Notes under the pieces: model-generated | Seen by the model: only the letters and a program-made list of their open reading frames with translations | What the model was told of the DNA's origin: nothing | Databases searched by the model: none | In this document: one piece after another, positions 62,999 to 64,000 of the stretch | Layout of the letters: every line of letters starts with the position of its first letter | How positions within the stretch are numbered: the first letter of the stretch is position 1 | Assembly (NCBI GenBank): GCA_965249275.1 | Contig: CBDFLQ010000006.1 | Span: 128,001-192,000, forward strand | Direction of reading: 5' to 3' | Source of the DNA: Dehalococcoidia bacterium | Lineage (GTDB): Bacteria; Chloroflexota; Dehalococcoidia; Plut-88900 | DNA length: 64,000 nucleotides | Position numbers and translations under genes: made by a program

Positions 62999-64000
62999 AT
63001 GCGACTCTCCCGAATGTTCGGTAAGACTCTTAGAAGCGAGCCCGCAGAGGCCGAGTCCATAAGCCACCGCCTCATGCTCAAGGCTGGCATGGTCCACCAG
63101 GTCTCCGCCGGCGTCTACAGCTACATGCCCCTCGCATGGAGAGTCCTCCGCAACATCGAAAACATAATCCGTGAAGAGATGAACGCCGCCGGTGGTCAGG
63201 AAGTCAGAATGCCCGTTATCCAGCCTCTGGAACTCTGGGAAACCACGGGCCGAGCCTCAGCCTTCGGTGACAACCTCTTTAAGTTCAAGGATCGCCGAGA
63301 CCGTCCCATGTGCCTGGCCCCCACCCATGAGGAAGTCATCACCCAGATGGCTATCCAGCACATCCACAGCTACAAAGACATGCCCCAGATGCCCTACCAG
63401 ATCCAGACCAAGCTGCGTGACGAGCCTCGACCCCGCGCCGGTCTCATGCGCGTCCGGGAGTTCGATATGAAGGACCTCTACAGCATGGATGTCGACCAGG
63501 ATGCCCTAGATGTCAGCTACGAAAAGATGGTCCAGGCCTACAAGAACATCTACCGGCGCTGCGGCCTCCCCGCCCTTGCCGTCGAGGCTGACAGCGGTGC
63601 CATCGGCGGCAAGGACTCCCACGAGTTTATCCTCATCGCAGATAGCGGCGAGGACCAGATTGTCCAATGCTCTGGCTGCGGCTTTGCCGCCAACCTTGAG
63701 CGGGCCTCGGGTGTTAAGTCACCCCAGCCCAATACAGGACCCATGCCCCTTGAAGAGGTTGCGACCCCCGGCATCAAAACCATTAAGGGTCTCGCCGATT
63801 TCATCGGAGTCCCTGAATCCAAGACCCTCAAAGCCGTCTTCTACTCCGCCGACGGCGAAATCGTTTTCGTAGTCATCCGCGGCGACCTCGAAGTCAACGA
63901 CGTCAAGCTCAAGAACCTCCTTCATGCCACCGACCTCCGTCTCGCCACCGACGAAGAAGTAAAGGCCGCAGGCCTTGTCGCCGGTTCCGCCTCTCCCGTT
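62999..64000 (+). CDS. proS: Proline--tRNA ligase (partial, runs off window end)
   Basis: Manual translation MRLSRMFGKTLRSEPAEAESISHRLMLKAG...LAPTHEE...QTKLRDEPRPRAGLMRVREF. RBS AGGAG. Confidence 0.95.
   Translation, partial: MRLSRMFGKTLRSEPAEAESISHRLMLKAGMVHQVSAGVYSYMPLAWRVLRNIENIIREEMNAAGGQEVRMPVIQPLELWETTGRASAFGDNLFKFKDRRDRPMCLAPTHEEVITQMAIQHIHSYKDMPQMPYQIQTKLRDEPRPRAGLMRVREFDMKDLYSMDVDQDALDVSYEKMVQAYKNIYRRCGLPALAVEADSGAIGGKDSHEFILIADSGEDQIVQCSGCGFAANLERASGVKSPQPNTGPMPLEEVATPGIKTIKGLADFIGVPESKTLKAVFYSADGEIVFVVIRGDLEVNDVKLKNLLHATDLRLATDEEVKAAGLVAGSASPV

Overview
GC-rich bacterial chromosomal window. The gene content suggests Chloroflexota/Dehalococcoidia, SAR202-like; this is an inference from the short EF-Ts, the Gram-positive-type GAAC-N4-GTTC LexA box, the many LLM/SDR/CoA-transferase/Mo-hydroxylase paralogues and an ankyrin lipoprotein. 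Housekeeping genes: sufBCDSU, fumC, ribF-tyrS, ligA-pth, glnA, rplY, lexA, trpA-aroH, and rpsB-tsf-pyrH-frr-uppS-cdsA-dxr-rseP-ispG-proS. Accessory genes: an orphan selenoprotein GrdB-like gene (in-frame TGA plus SECIS-like hairpin), three Zn-alcohol dehydrogenases, a xanthine-dehydrogenase-family operon, a DddP-like M24 enzyme, two tiny CxxC/CC proteins and a lower-GC HEPN-STAND-TPR candidate defence gene. The most unusual signal is non-coding: four dispersed 0.7-0.95 kb intergenic elements (about 799-1670 +, 13671-14618 +, 20111-20810 +, 49426-50118 -). All four share a sigma70-type promoter with a LexA-like box abutting the -10, and a covarying long-range stem (ATGGAA...TTCCAT core) enclosing a variable core of about 370-400 nt. 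They are candidates for an SOS-inducible multicopy structured RNA or a non-autonomous element family. No rRNA, tRNA or CRISPR array was recognised.
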